Shown: positions 1 through 10,076, numbered from the stretch's first letter. The stretch: DNA of 64,000 nt from Candidatus Thalassarchaeaceae archaeon (GCA_046710875.1 JBKEHQ010000002.1:2717-66716); one strand, 5' to 3'. Notes: generated by a model from the letters alone, not told the origin. Made by a program: numbers and translations.

Positions 1-204
1 TCTTTAATTGCTCAAGGTGCAGATTTTATTGGAGTCGCTAGAGTTGGCATCGCTCATCCCGATTGGCCAAAGTATATTTCTGAGGATAATTATCAACCTC
101 AACTGCCGCCATTTTCTGCTTCGCATCTCAAAGGTGTAAGCCTTAGCAATAAATTTGTAGATTATATGAGGTCTTGGGACAATTTCGTATTAGAGGGCAA
201 ATAA
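1..204 (+). CDS. C-terminal fragment (5' end cut by the window edge) of an Old-Yellow-Enzyme-like NADH:flavin oxidoreductase
   Basis: Frame 1 is open from base 1 to TAA at 202-204. My translation is SLIAQGADFIGVARVGIAHPDWPKYISEDNYQPQLPPFSASHLKG...NFVLEGK*. The GADFIGVAR..IAHPDWP stretch resembles the C-terminal barrel region of OYE/NemA-type FMN oxidoreductases. It is absent from the ORF track because it has no start codon. Confidence 0.45.
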   Translation, partial: SLIAQGADFIGVARVGIAHPDWPKYISEDNYQPQLPPFSASHLKGVSLSNKFVDYMRSWDNFVLEGK

Positions 205-259
205 TTTTATTATTTTAAATATTATTTCATAGTAAAAATAAAATTATGGAAGTGCTAAT

Positions 260-1096
260 ATGTTTCAAGATACATTAATTGCTGCTTTTTTTGCTGGAAT
301 AGTGGCAATAGTAGTTACTGTGCTAGTTGAAAAATATGGTGGGGCTATTGGAGGTATTCTGGGTACTATTCCAACTACGATTGTTCCTGCATCTATAGGG
401 ATGTATTTGGCAAGCAATATTGTGGATTTTAGAACAAGTATGGCTGTAGTACCTTCAGGGATGCTAATTAATGCAATATTTCTAACTAATTGGAAAATTA
501 TTCCCACTTATTTTAAAGTTACTAAGAGTAAGTATACCACATTAATTATTATAATTATTATTTCATTATTTATATGGTTATTATGTAGTATATTGGCATT
601 AAATTTAATTAATTTTGTAACCAAAAAAGGCCTATCATCGTATGGAATTGCCCTTCTTGGATTATTCGCAGTTATTATTCTGGGAATGGCATTCTGTTGG
701 AATATAGGATCTACCCCATCAAGTAACAATTATGTCAACAAATATGCATTAATGTCAAGGGGCTTGATGGCAGCATTTGCCATAGGAGCTGCAGTTTGGA
801 TTTCTGACCTTGGATATCCTTTAATTGCAGGTATAGCATCAGTATTTCCTGCTATATTCCTTACTAGTATGGTTACATTATGGATTTCCCAAGGTCCATC
901 TGTACCAATGGGGGCTGTAGGGCCAATGATGTTAGGGGGATCTTCAGTTGCCTTATATTCAATAATTGCCATGTGGTCTTTACCTTATTATGGATTAATC
1001 TTAGGTTCAGTATTGGCTTGGATAAGTTCAGTTTTATTGTGTTCGTTACCAAGCTTTTATTTTATAAATTGGAGACAAAAAAACAATATCTATTAA
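260..1096 (+). CDS. polytopic membrane protein with internal duplication (DUF3147-like halves); function unknown
   Basis: 278-aa ORF made almost entirely of hydrophobic helices. The N-half (AAFFAGIVAIVV...GGILGTIPTTIVPASIGMY) and C-half (AAFAIGAAVWIS...AGIASVFPAIFLTSMVTLW) resemble each other, suggesting a fused tandem of a ~4-TM unit. The family name is from memory only. Confidence 0.6.
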   Translation: MFQDTLIAAFFAGIVAIVVTVLVEKYGGAIGGILGTIPTTIVPASIGMYLASNIVDFRTSMAVVPSGMLINAIFLTNWKIIPTYFKVTKSKYTTLIIIIIISLFIWLLCSILALNLINFVTKKGLSSYGIALLGLFAVIILGMAFCWNIGSTPSSNNYVNKYALMSRGLMAAFAIGAAVWISDLGYPLIAGIASVFPAIFLTSMVTLWISQGPSVPMGAVGPMMLGGSSVALYSIIAMWSLPYYGLILGSVLAWISSVLLCSLPSFYFINWRQKNNIY

Positions 1097-1701
1097 TTAC
1101 TTTCTTCCCAAATTTTATCTAATTTTAAATATAGGTCATCTATTGTCCCATCATTTGTTATTTGAATATCTGCCATTAGTGCCGTGGCATCAAGGGCTTG
1201 ACCTGCTTCATCTTTTGATTTAATTTCTTTATTTTCCTGTTTTATGAATAATAATTTATTTAATGGATCTCCAGGGCGTGCTCTATCTTGCAATCTACTC
1301 CATCGTCGATCTTCACTGGCTTTAATTTCAATCAATATTAAATCTCCTCTGGATCTTAGTACATCGACTTCCATCGGTGTTCTTATTGAATCTACTACTG
1401 CATCTGCTCCATCTATTATTTCTAGAAGCATCTCTGCCAAAATGCCTCCTCCTCCTTCCTTTCGTAAAGTTCTCCCACCTTCTATTAATGAATCTCTACT
1501 AATCTCTTTATTTTGATTTTTAAGCCATTCTCTTATTGAATCTGAACATGAAACACTCCTCAATCCCTTTTCGGCGAACCAGTTTACTAACGTTGATTTT
1601 CCAGATGCATTTCTACCTGTAAGCCCTATTAACATAATACTGCTGAGTAGGGTAAAGGAGATATTGATTTCGTTAAGACCAATATCTTCTTGTGCTAGCA
1701 T
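1093..1701 (-). CDS. P-loop nucleotide-kinase-like protein (archaeal UPF0200 / CoaE-like family)
   Basis: Walker A GLTGRNASGKST. Downstream segments VVDSIRTPMEVDVLR and ...DRARPGDP..., plus the C-terminal ADIQITNDGTIDDL, fit small archaeal dephospho-CoA-kinase-like proteins. The longest ORF overlaps the upstream helicase stop by 29 nt. The ATG at 1635 (MLIGLTGRNASGKST) is the more plausible start. Confidence 0.6.
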   Translation of the reverse strand: MLAQEDIGLNEINISFTLLSSIMLIGLTGRNASGKSTLVNWFAEKGLRSVSCSDSIREWLKNQNKEISRDSLIEGGRTLRKEGGGGILAEMLLEIIDGADAVVDSIRTPMEVDVLRSRGDLILIEIKASEDRRWSRLQDRARPGDPLNKLLFIKQENKEIKSKDEAGQALDATALMADIQITNDGTIDDLYLKLDKIWEESN

Positions 1702-4657
1702 ATTTCAATTCAGCATCATGAATTGAACGTAAAAGAGACATTCTATCGCCGGCAATATGCCCTCTTAATATTCTAGTTGCTGTCTCTTCCCCCACTCCTC
1801 TTCCCATTAAACAAATTATGCCATCTAGTCCGTGAGTTTTAATTAATTCAGCATTCTTCATTACTTTTCCTCTTATTCTGGAATCTTTACTTTCAATCAT
1901 TTCTTTTAATCTATTTTCCATTCTTTCTGGAGAACAAGCGAGCATAGTTCCTCCGCATAATGAACAAGGAAGAATTTTTTTCTCCAACTTTGCAACTCTT
2001 TTTCTGGCATTATTATGGCAATTAATGCATATAAGACTAACTCTTTCATTTATTAATCTTAATTCTAATCTTTCTCTCAGTTCTTTATCTGTCCATGATG
2101 GCAGTAACAAGTCCTTTTCGGCTTTAGGTGATATCCCTAGAGGCCCTGGTGGAGTTTGAATTAATTTAATTTCATTATCTTGAATCATTTTTAATGTATC
2201 TATGGTCCCATCAATATCCATCCGTTCGTGAAATAATTTATCCAAGGCTTCTTCCACTACAGGAGTTCCTTTGTACCTTTTCATTAAGCCATTCAAATTG
2301 ACTTTTCGAGGATCTACACCTTTTTTCAAAACTCCCATTTTTTTTGCTACTTGTACAACCCTCCATCTAACTGTACGACTATTTGGAATCGTCATGCGGA
2401 GTATGGAAGGTATGGCAGCAGCAGGAGTTTGCGTCAACCAATCAATAATATCTGTAGGGGTTGCACCTGGTATCTGAAATGCTATCCTGTATGGGTCGAT
2501 AACAGTTCTACCCATTTTACCCTCTCTCATAGATCCCATTGCTTGAATAAAATGAGCTAACGTCTCATTTATTTTAGAACCCTTACAAGTATTCAGTACG
2601 ATTGTCCCTTTTCGCTCTTCTATGGTCATAGTTTGCCCATCGGGAATCTCGCCAGTGGCTTCTAAATGATCCGAAACAGTAGAAATAAGGACATCTCTAG
2701 CAGATTCACTTAATGGATAATCACTCAGGTTTTTTTTACTATTATCTTCAGCCATCGCCCCTATTGATACTGCTGTTATTCTTCTTAATTTACCAACTTC
2801 CTCAGCAATATTTCTTGGTACAGGGGGTAATTCTCCAGACCATACTGGTGCAGTTCCACTTTCTTTAACCGGGCCAACCAGCAATTCTTCTTGTTCAGGG
2901 TCTGCATCAATTATTTCCCATGTTCTTCCTGCCATGACAAATCTTCTAGTTTGACCTAGGGAATCCTCACTATCATCATTAAGAGAAAGTACGAAAGCCT
3001 CATCTACAGATCCCAGCGTCTTTCTAGTCACTGCATCCCTTACTCTGTAAGATGTTTTATCCGGAATCATTGAGATATGATTCATTCTATTTTGACCTAA
3101 TCTGCCCGCAGGGGAAAACCATCCATCTTTAAGGGAATCCGGAAGTATTTTAATCATTTTTTTTAGCCATTTCTTTTTATCTAAATCAGAATGTTCATTT
3201 TCCCATGAGGGCCTCTCGGCAGGAAAATCATCTCCAATCCTTATTGCTAATTCTTTCCATAATTTTTTATTCCATAGTGTTGGATCAGAGTTTTTTGGGT
3301 CTTCTATGAGTCTAATTAACCATCTATCATCAAGAACTCTAAGTATCGATAGTGTTTTATCATGATGCCAATCATCAAAGATAGAGGTTTTTTCGATTAT
3401 ATCTGTTGCTTTCTTTAGGGGGCATACTCCTTTTTCAATAGACATTTGTAGAAATTGATTCGCAGCCACAATTCTCGGATTTGTTCGCCATTCTACCTCT
3501 CCTATTTCTCCCGCCATTGCTTTTCTTGCAATTACTGCACATTCTGATATTCCATCAATTTCCCAAGCTAATATTTCACCAGCACCGGTTCCGCCAAGAT
3601 AATGCTCTGCTCTGCCGACACGCTGAAGTAAACTTTCTACCGACCTAGGACTTTGTAATTGATGGACCTTTTTTATCGATCCAACATCAATTCCTAATTC
3701 TAGGCTACTCGTGCAGATTAATCCGTGCAATTCTCCTTTTCTTAGTGATTCTTCTACCTCTCTTCTAGTTTCAGCTGCTAAACTTCCATGATGTATCCCT
3801 ATATTTAATTCTGGAGATAATTCGATTAATCGTTGTGCTACTGTTTCAGCTGTATTTCTAGAGTTTACAAAAACTAAAGCAGGGGCATCCTCAGATAATT
3901 TCTTCGATAATCTTCTAAATGCAGCTATCGAATCTGATGATACTCGCCATTCAACGGATAATGTTTCATCTTCAGATGCCACTGGTTCTTTATGGACCAA
4001 TACTCTAGTTTCTCTGGGTGCAGGTCCAATTATTGCCCTACCTTCTCCGGAGAACCATTTTGCCACTTCATCTGGATTTCCAACAGTTGCTGATAATCCA
4101 ACAACTTGAATTTTATCAGGGCAATAATCTTGTATTCTTTGTAAGCCAACCAATAATTGTGAACCTCTTTCAGAACCAGCCATATCATGTACTTCGTCTA
4201 AAATAATTGCTTTGACTCCAGCAAGATGCTGTCTTAATCTACTTCCCAAGAGCATTATTTGCATAGTCTCAGGTGTAGTTACAAGTAAATTTGGAGGTTT
4301 TTTGGATTGTTTAACTCTCTCATTTTGAGGCGTATCTCCATGCCGTAATCCTACAGTAAGCCCCAATGGTACCAACATTTTTGATAATCTTCTATCGATA
4401 TCTCTATTCAATGCTCTAAGAGGCGTAATGTATAGAATAGAGAGAGAATCCCAATTCTCAGTCAAACATCTAGAAACCAAAGGTAAAATTGCAGATTCTG
4501 TTTTTCCACTCCCTGTTGGTGCAACCATTAACCTATCTTTACCAACTAATAGATCAGGTAATGCTGCCTTTTGAATGGGAGTTAATTCCCAACCTAGGTC
4601 ATAAATTAATTGATTTACCTTTGGATGTAAATCCTCTATGGCCTCCTTCATATGCAT
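1673..4657 (-). CDS. lhr: Lhr-type large superfamily-2 DEAD/DEAH-box helicase
   Basis: 994 aa. Motif I APTGSGKTESA, motif II ILDEVHDM, motif III LSATVGN, and QRVGRAEH in motif VI. The long C-terminal region includes a Cys4 element (CINCHN...CSLCGG), typical of Lhr/Lhr2 architecture. Confidence 0.85.
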   Translation of the reverse strand: MHMKEAIEDLHPKVNQLIYDLGWELTPIQKAALPDLLVGKDRLMVAPTGSGKTESAILPLVSRCLTENWDSLSILYITPLRALNRDIDRRLSKMLVPLGLTVGLRHGDTPQNERVKQSKKPPNLLVTTPETMQIMLLGSRLRQHLAGVKAIILDEVHDMAGSERGSQLLVGLQRIQDYCPDKIQVVGLSATVGNPDEVAKWFSGEGRAIIGPAPRETRVLVHKEPVASEDETLSVEWRVSSDSIAAFRRLSKKLSEDAPALVFVNSRNTAETVAQRLIELSPELNIGIHHGSLAAETRREVEESLRKGELHGLICTSSLELGIDVGSIKKVHQLQSPRSVESLLQRVGRAEHYLGGTGAGEILAWEIDGISECAVIARKAMAGEIGEVEWRTNPRIVAANQFLQMSIEKGVCPLKKATDIIEKTSIFDDWHHDKTLSILRVLDDRWLIRLIEDPKNSDPTLWNKKLWKELAIRIGDDFPAERPSWENEHSDLDKKKWLKKMIKILPDSLKDGWFSPAGRLGQNRMNHISMIPDKTSYRVRDAVTRKTLGSVDEAFVLSLNDDSEDSLGQTRRFVMAGRTWEIIDADPEQEELLVGPVKESGTAPVWSGELPPVPRNIAEEVGKLRRITAVSIGAMAEDNSKKNLSDYPLSESARDVLISTVSDHLEATGEIPDGQTMTIEERKGTIVLNTCKGSKINETLAHFIQAMGSMREGKMGRTVIDPYRIAFQIPGATPTDIIDWLTQTPAAAIPSILRMTIPNSRTVRWRVVQVAKKMGVLKKGVDPRKVNLNGLMKRYKGTPVVEEALDKLFHERMDIDGTIDTLKMIQDNEIKLIQTPPGPLGISPKAEKDLLLPSWTDKELRERLELRLINERVSLICINCHNNARKRVAKLEKKILPCSLCGGTMLACSPERMENRLKEMIESKDSRIRGKVMKNAELIKTHGLDGIICLMGRGVGEETATRILRGHIAGDRMSLLRSIHDAELKYASTRRYWS

Positions 4658-4732
4658 CCGTCTAAGGAAGTTAAAGAAAACCCTCTGTTTAATAATTAAA
4701 CAATATTCTTATTTTTAACTTCCAAAACTGGG

Positions 4733-5266
4733 ATGAAAGGAACTATGTTTATCAATGCATTCCTAGTAGTGTTAGAAATGGCACGCGCAGGTAGAAAACA
4801 AGTCGGCCCTATCGCTAAATGGTGGAATTCTCAGAGAGAAAATCATTTTCAAATAATTGGCATGATAACAATATTCTCTTTAGCGGTTTTACTTTGGACT
4901 TTTTCCTTTCTTTTTATTCTGGGAGGAACTACTGACCCAGATAGAGAAAACTTAGTCCCATATTATTGGTTAGGCTTAGCTTTATCAATACCTATACTAT
5001 TTCTAAGTGCACCTGAATTTATGTTCTTTTTGAATCAAAAACAAATTTTAGAAGATATATTAAAATTGGAATCAAGGTCAGAGGTTCTCAAAAATAGAAA
5101 GGAAGCCGAATCTGCTGCGGATTTGTTAGGTGGTAAATATGTAGCAAGATTAAAGGGACTCTATGAAGAATTGGGAATCAAGGTAAAAGGAAAGCGATTT
5201 TCAATTAAATCATTACCCTCAAAAAGAATTTCTAATAAAGTAGAAAATATGGATGAGGAGGAATGA
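4733..5266 (+). CDS. hypothetical membrane protein (2 predicted TM helices, charged C-terminal tail)
   Basis: 177-aa ORF with hydrophobic segments IIGMITIFSLAVLLWTFSFLFILGG and YYWLGLALSIPILFLSAP and a Lys/Glu-rich tail. I recognise no family. It overlaps the next ORF by 14 nt. Confidence 0.5.
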   Translation: MKGTMFINAFLVVLEMARAGRKQVGPIAKWWNSQRENHFQIIGMITIFSLAVLLWTFSFLFILGGTTDPDRENLVPYYWLGLALSIPILFLSAPEFMFFLNQKQILEDILKLESRSEVLKNRKEAESAADLLGGKYVARLKGLYEELGIKVKGKRFSIKSLPSKRISNKVENMDEEE

Positions 5267-6146
5267 AGTGCCCACTTCGGACGCCCCGATTGAAAATGAA
5301 AATCTTGAATTTGGAATGCTAAGTGATTGGTTAAGAGAAGCATTTCTTGCAATAGGCCTAGTTCTTTTAATTCTTGGTGGTTTATGGGTTGCTACGGGAC
5401 AATTCCCTCCTATGGTAGTCGTAGAGTCGGGATCAATGATGCATGACACGAAAGATGGCTCCGTAGGTGCTATAGATCCAGGGGATTTAGTTATAGTAAT
5501 GAATCCATCAAGAAAAAATATCATAACCTATGCAGAATCAATTCAAGAAGGAAATGAAAACTTTGGATACTCTAACCATGGTATGAATGGAGATGTAATT
5601 ATATTTAGTAAGAATGGAGGTAACGATACTCCTGTAATTCACAGAGCGATTTTGAAAGTAGAATTAAATAATTCAGATAATGGTAAAAAAACTTGGGACG
5701 TTTTAGGAACTAATTTAGTAAATGTTAGCACAATCAATTTAACTCTAGATTATCCATGTAAATATCACGGAGGGACGTATAATTTGGAAATTAAAAATTG
5801 GCAACCAAATCATAGTGGATACATTACATCCGGAGATAATTCTGAGACTAATGGATGTAAAATTGATCAAATAGTTGCCACTGGTCAAGATGCAAGAAAT
5901 GGATTAAAAGATGAATTTGGTAATCCCGTAACTGCCATAAAAGATGAATGGGTGCTGGGTATTGCGTCTTCCGAAATTCCTTGGCTCGGAGCAATCAAGT
6001 TATTCACATCCGGTACCCACAACTCTGTAACAGGAGAAACTTGGTTCAACTTATCTATAACTATAGTCATAGTATTGATGACTCCAACAATTTATGAATC
6101 ATTGACTCGAAGTAAAAAATTACTTGCTGTAAATGAAGAAGAATAA
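5253..6146 (+). CDS. archaeal/eukaryal-type signal peptidase I (S26B, Sec11-like)
   Basis: N-terminal TM helix, then VVVESGSMMHD (Ser nucleophile box), TPVIHRAIL (His box) and TSGDNSETNG (GDN box), followed by a C-terminal TM helix. The exact start is uncertain (ATG at 5253 or a downstream codon). Confidence 0.75.
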   Translation: MRRNEVPTSDAPIENENLEFGMLSDWLREAFLAIGLVLLILGGLWVATGQFPPMVVVESGSMMHDTKDGSVGAIDPGDLVIVMNPSRKNIITYAESIQEGNENFGYSNHGMNGDVIIFSKNGGNDTPVIHRAILKVELNNSDNGKKTWDVLGTNLVNVSTINLTLDYPCKYHGGTYNLEIKNWQPNHSGYITSGDNSETNGCKIDQIVATGQDARNGLKDEFGNPVTAIKDEWVLGIASSEIPWLGAIKLFTSGTHNSVTGETWFNLSITIVIVLMTPTIYESLTRSKKLLAVNEEE

Positions 6147-6147
6147 T

Positions 6148-7704
6148 TTATGGAAAATATGATAAAATTATTGGTATAATTAGAATAAATAGGAACAAAA
6201 AACTACTATTATTACTAATTTTGTCTGCCCACGATTCCAATTTAATCGGATGAATATTTCTTTTTAATAATAAATCCGCTTTTACTAATACTGAATGTAC
6301 GGCATCCCTTAGTATATGTCCACCATCAAATGGGACCATTGGTATTAAGTTAGCAAAACCTAACAAAAAATTTATCCATGCGAGCCAAAATAAAAATGTA
6401 AATAACATTATCATGCCATCTGTTCCGATCAAGGATGCAAGCACGCCATCTCCGGCAGAGAGCATTGCCTGCTCTCTTAAATCCATTATTTGCCCTTCTC
6501 CTGACAATGGTACTCCCAACATTATTATTGGCATGACGGCAGTATATATCAGAGTTGGAACGATTCCGTAATCACTAATTCCATTTATAATTGGGGAATA
6601 TCTGTCAACTCCTCCGGTGCCGCTTTTTAATCCTCTGACACCTAAGAAAGAAATATTTGAATCGGGACCTATTCCTTGCGATATTAGAAAATCTTCTGCA
6701 TCATCCAAATCACATACTGGATCTTTTTCACATATTCCTATTTCCCATTCATATCTATCAATAAGCGTAATTTCAATATTTCTTTCATTTTCTTCAATAT
6801 TCTCATTAAGATTTTCCGAACTCCATTGCCCAGATAATACTGTTAAAATAATCTTTTCACCGGGAGGATAATTATCCATTTCACTACTAAATATATCATA
6901 ATTAGGTACTGGTTCACCATTCATGTGAGTAATTATTTCATAAGGTAACAAACCACTCTCTGCTGCACCTGTATCGACAATTATTTCTTCTGCATGAACT
7001 CCTGGATTTTTTGCAACAAATCCTGTTGCAGTCGAAGATAAAAGAATAATTACTAAATATGTTGCAAACAGATTTATTGATGGCCCAGCTGCAAATAATC
7101 TCATCCTATCTCTTCTAGGTGCCCTATACATTTCTTCTTGCTCAGGTTCAGCAAATGCCCCCATAGGTAATGGACCTACTAGGAGTAGGCCAAAACTCCT
7201 GATTTTCATCCCATGCGCTCTGGCTTGAATTCCATGACTGTATTCATGAATTACTATGGCTATTATTAATGCTAAAAAAGGCCACCAGAATGGCACAAAA
7301 CTCGTTACTCCAGGTATTAGTAATAAATCCTGAGGAGGTATTGGATCATTGGGTGGATTCGCAACGCTGCTTCCAAAACTTAGTACTAACAGTAATATTA
7401 CTCCAGCCATTACAAATAAGCAAACCCAAATTGATATTTCTCCATAAATTCTCCAGAATTTTCTCTTACTAGAAATTAAGTCTAATACTTTCTGGCCCTG
7501 TTTTGTTCTCAACATAAGTATAATTCCCAAAACTCTTGTGGCATCCCATTTATCTAAAATGCCATTTTCTTCTAGGAAAATTAGGCCAAAATACCAAATA
7601 GCAATTGCTATAACAATCAAAGGTGAATTAGTAATCTGATATAAAATAAACAAGAATATCAATGGAAGCAGCAAACTATTGCCCCTCCTTTCTTGTTCTT
7701 TCAT
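6148..7704 (-). CDS. site-2 protease family (M50) intramembrane zinc metalloprotease with an inserted PDZ-like region
   Basis: 518 aa and polytopic. HExxH as VIHEYSHGIQA, and the second M50 motif NLIPMVPFDGGHIL near the C-terminus. A soluble insert lies between the TM blocks. Confidence 0.85.
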   Translation of the reverse strand: MKEQERRGNSLLLPLIFLFILYQITNSPLIVIAIAIWYFGLIFLEENGILDKWDATRVLGIILMLRTKQGQKVLDLISSKRKFWRIYGEISIWVCLFVMAGVILLLVLSFGSSVANPPNDPIPPQDLLLIPGVTSFVPFWWPFLALIIAIVIHEYSHGIQARAHGMKIRSFGLLLVGPLPMGAFAEPEQEEMYRAPRRDRMRLFAAGPSINLFATYLVIILLSSTATGFVAKNPGVHAEEIIVDTGAAESGLLPYEIITHMNGEPVPNYDIFSSEMDNYPPGEKIILTVLSGQWSSENLNENIEENERNIEITLIDRYEWEIGICEKDPVCDLDDAEDFLISQGIGPDSNISFLGVRGLKSGTGGVDRYSPIINGISDYGIVPTLIYTAVMPIIMLGVPLSGEGQIMDLREQAMLSAGDGVLASLIGTDGMIMLFTFLFWLAWINFLLGFANLIPMVPFDGGHILRDAVHSVLVKADLLLKRNIHPIKLESWADKISNNSSFLFLFILIIPIILSYFP

Positions 7705-7786
7705 GGATATGGGTTAGTACGTACCTTCTTCAATCCGTTGCTCAATATATCACAAATGACATTAGGAATAACAATTCCGCAGGTGC

Positions 7787-7969
7787 ATGGATAAAATAAT
7801 TAATAATGCCGATGAAAGGCTTAAATTATCATACAATTCATTAAAAATCAAGTCAGAAAGCGTTAAGAAAATATTATATAAAGCCCAGTTAGAAGGTGTT
7901 AAATCAAAAATTATCAATTTAGAAGAAAACTTCAGAAATATAGAGAATAATCTATCAGGATTAAATTAA
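7787..7969 (+). CDS. small hypothetical coiled-coil protein (doubtful)
   Basis: 60-aa ORF, Lys/Glu/Asn-rich with a heptad-like pattern. No recognisable family. Its 3' end overlaps the convergent hjc stop by 9 nt. Confidence 0.25.
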   Translation: MDKIINNADERLKLSYNSLKIKSESVKKILYKAQLEGVKSKIINLEENFRNIENNLSGLN

Positions 7970-8575
7970 AGTAGGTATCTCCGGTAAAAATTCGGTTAGT
8001 GGCTTTTGAATATTTTGTAAATTATCAGATCCACAAACTAATGCAATAAATCTATTTAATGGCATTCCCTTTTCCCAACCTAGATACGGCGTTCCATTTC
8101 TAGTTAACGGCAATGGAGGTATTTTTCTAGACACTTGTCTTAATTTACCTGTTAGTTTTACTCCATCAACTCTCATTATTCTCCAACTATCTCCACGAAC
8201 TCCTTTCAATCTATATGCATATAAAGGCATTAAATTACATCTATTGCCAACCTCTTTCAAAGAATTATATTGGTTAACAGTTCTTCCTGAAAGGTATAGT
8301 TTATTTTTCTTCGAAGATTTAACTTCAATTGGAAAACACATATCCCCTCTAAGTACTAACAAATCCCCAGTCCCTTCTGAACCACTGCCGGGAGCTCGAA
8401 CAACTAAAAATGGCCTATTTATCACCTGCATCATTTGTGCTCTTTCAATTTCAGTACAGGATTTTATGATTGCCCTAACTCCTTTGAGCTCTCCAGCTAA
8501 AACACATCTCAACTCTCTCTCGTAGTTTACTCCCACGGATGAAGCGCATTGTGAGGGTACTTCACTACATCGCAT
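7961..8575 (-). CDS. hjc: Holliday junction resolvase Hjc (PD-(D/E)xK nuclease) with an insertion and a C-terminal extension
   Basis: Ordered Hjc signature: YERELRCVL ... FLVVRAPGSGSEGTGDLLVL ... CFPIEVKSSKKNKLYL ... MPLYAYRLKG..WRIMRV. At 204 aa it is longer than the canonical Hjc I recall (~120-145 aa). Confidence 0.7.
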   Translation of the reverse strand: MRCSEVPSQCASSVGVNYERELRCVLAGELKGVRAIIKSCTEIERAQMMQVINRPFLVVRAPGSGSEGTGDLLVLRGDMCFPIEVKSSKKNKLYLSGRTVNQYNSLKEVGNRCNLMPLYAYRLKGVRGDSWRIMRVDGVKLTGKLRQVSRKIPPLPLTRNGTPYLGWEKGMPLNRFIALVCGSDNLQNIQKPLTEFLPEIPTLI

Positions 8576-8674
8576 AAAAATAATACCTAATCTACTTTTT
8601 TAAAAGGTATTGAGATAGTCATATATTGGATTTTTTATAATTTTATAGTTTAAATTAATACACTGCCATGATAG

Positions 8675-9433
8675 TTGATTAATATGGAGTTGGCCGTTAT
8701 ACGCACTGAAGATTTTCAACTTGCATACAGATTAATCAAAAAATTACGAAGTTTAGAAGTATCTCATATACAATTAGAAATAAATCAAATAATTCCAATA
8801 GGTACTCTCCTGTGGTTCGGTACCCTCGAAGAGGTTAGCACGTCTAAAGATCTTAATGGCATAGCATGCAACATCAATAATATTGATTACGTAGTTAACA
8901 AAACTCTGAATAAAATATTGGCAGGGCCGAATGTCAAAACACTGACCTTTGGCGTTGATTCAGGCCCTAGGCCAGGCTTAGCTTGGTTTACTGATGATAG
9001 ATTAATTGGCTCGAAACAACTCGAATTGGTGGATGAAGTAATAGATGAAATAATAAATATTGTAAATCAAATATCTCCAGAATTTCCCGATAAGACGTTA
9101 ATAAAAATTGGAAATGGGCATAGGACAATTTCTAATAGGATCGTAAATGTTTGCCTAAATAATGATTTTCAAGTCCAATTAATAGATGAAAAACACACAT
9201 CTTTGGGTTCACGACATGATCATGTTACCTCCGCTAAGAGTATAGGACTAAAACATGGAATTCCTATATGTGATAAATTAGAAATAGCCCCAACTAGGGG
9301 AGAAGTCAGGGAAATACAAAGAATAAGTAGACTCGTAAGTGAAGGTAAAGCAACTATCCCTTCAAACTTAGCCATCTCAGTTGCAATAGGTAACTTATCA
9401 CTAATTGAAGCTGTTAAATTACATTCTAAGTAA
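8675..9433 (+). CDS. hypothetical protein; possible RuvC/YqgF/DUF460-like RNase H-fold nuclease
   Basis: 252 aa. The segment TLTFGVDSGPRPGLAWF resembles the first catalytic strand of RNase H-fold resolvase-like proteins (GxDPGxxxGxA). It is followed by IKIGNGHRT and LIDEKHTS. This is pattern-level resemblance only. Confidence 0.35.
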   Translation: MINMELAVIRTEDFQLAYRLIKKLRSLEVSHIQLEINQIIPIGTLLWFGTLEEVSTSKDLNGIACNINNIDYVVNKTLNKILAGPNVKTLTFGVDSGPRPGLAWFTDDRLIGSKQLELVDEVIDEIINIVNQISPEFPDKTLIKIGNGHRTISNRIVNVCLNNDFQVQLIDEKHTSLGSRHDHVTSAKSIGLKHGIPICDKLEIAPTRGEVREIQRISRLVSEGKATIPSNLAISVAIGNLSLIEAVKLHSK

Positions 9434-9434
9434 T

Positions 9435-10076
9435 TTACTCAAATTTGCCCTTTCTAAAATCTCTAGTTCTTTCTATTCCTGGCATCTGATCTTCACCTTC
9501 TCTGTAAATTGTTTTCATATTATTGAGAAAATTATCTTCATGAGTAACTATCAAAACCATTCTAACGCCAGGATCTTCTTCGGCGTCCATCCACTTTAGT
9601 ATTATTTCCATAGTCTTTCTTGCACCTTCTCTATGTGGATATGCAAAGACATCCATTCCCAGAGGGGGCAAAACTAATGTTTCCCTTGGTTCCAATTTCG
9701 ATACTTCTTCAAATAAAGCCTCATAAGAATTTTTTAGTAATTCTCTTCTAAAATTATCCTGTGTTGGCCTCCTGCAATCGGGCCCGACAACATGAACTAA
9801 ATTCTCAGCTGGTAAATTGAACCCAGGTGATGAAACTGCTTCTCCAACTCCACAGGGTTGCAGATTTTCTTTTCTTCTCTCCTTGGCTATATTTGTACAG
9901 AATTCCCTTAACTCAGGTCCTGCCGCCAATTGCATCCTTTCATCTAATCCTTCTCTACCTGCGAGCCTATTATTAGCCGGGATGACCATAACGTCACCTT
10001 TTATGGTCGTGATATTGCCAAATACTACTCTTACTTGACCATGTTTACATTCTCTGACTATAACAACTTCCGCCAT
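9435..10076 (-). CDS. macro-domain protein (ADP-ribose / O-acetyl-ADP-ribose binding or hydrolase)
   Basis: VVFGNITTIKGDVMVIPANNRLAGREGLDERMQLAAGPEL ... LVHVVGP matches the macro-domain N-terminal half. The ~60-aa C-terminal part is unassigned. Confidence 0.7.
   Translation of the reverse strand: MAEVVIVRECKHGQVRVVFGNITTIKGDVMVIPANNRLAGREGLDERMQLAAGPELREFCTNIAKERRKENLQPCGVGEAVSSPGFNLPAENLVHVVGPDCRRPTQDNFRRELLKNSYEALFEEVSKLEPRETLVLPPLGMDVFAYPHREGARKTMEIILKWMDAEEDPGVRMVLIVTHEDNFLNNMKTIYREGEDQMPGIERTRDFRKGKFE

Noticed and set aside
265-972. Three minus-strand 73-80-aa ORFs antisense to the 260-1096 membrane protein, and similar short antisense ORFs throughout the track (for example 2271-2560, 8244-8525, 9817-10038, 11618-12995, 14539-15348, 16455-17924 and 55076-56166)
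   Set aside because: Each is nested within a longer ORF on the opposite strand that carries clear family motifs. None has its own recognisable motif or translation-initiation context.
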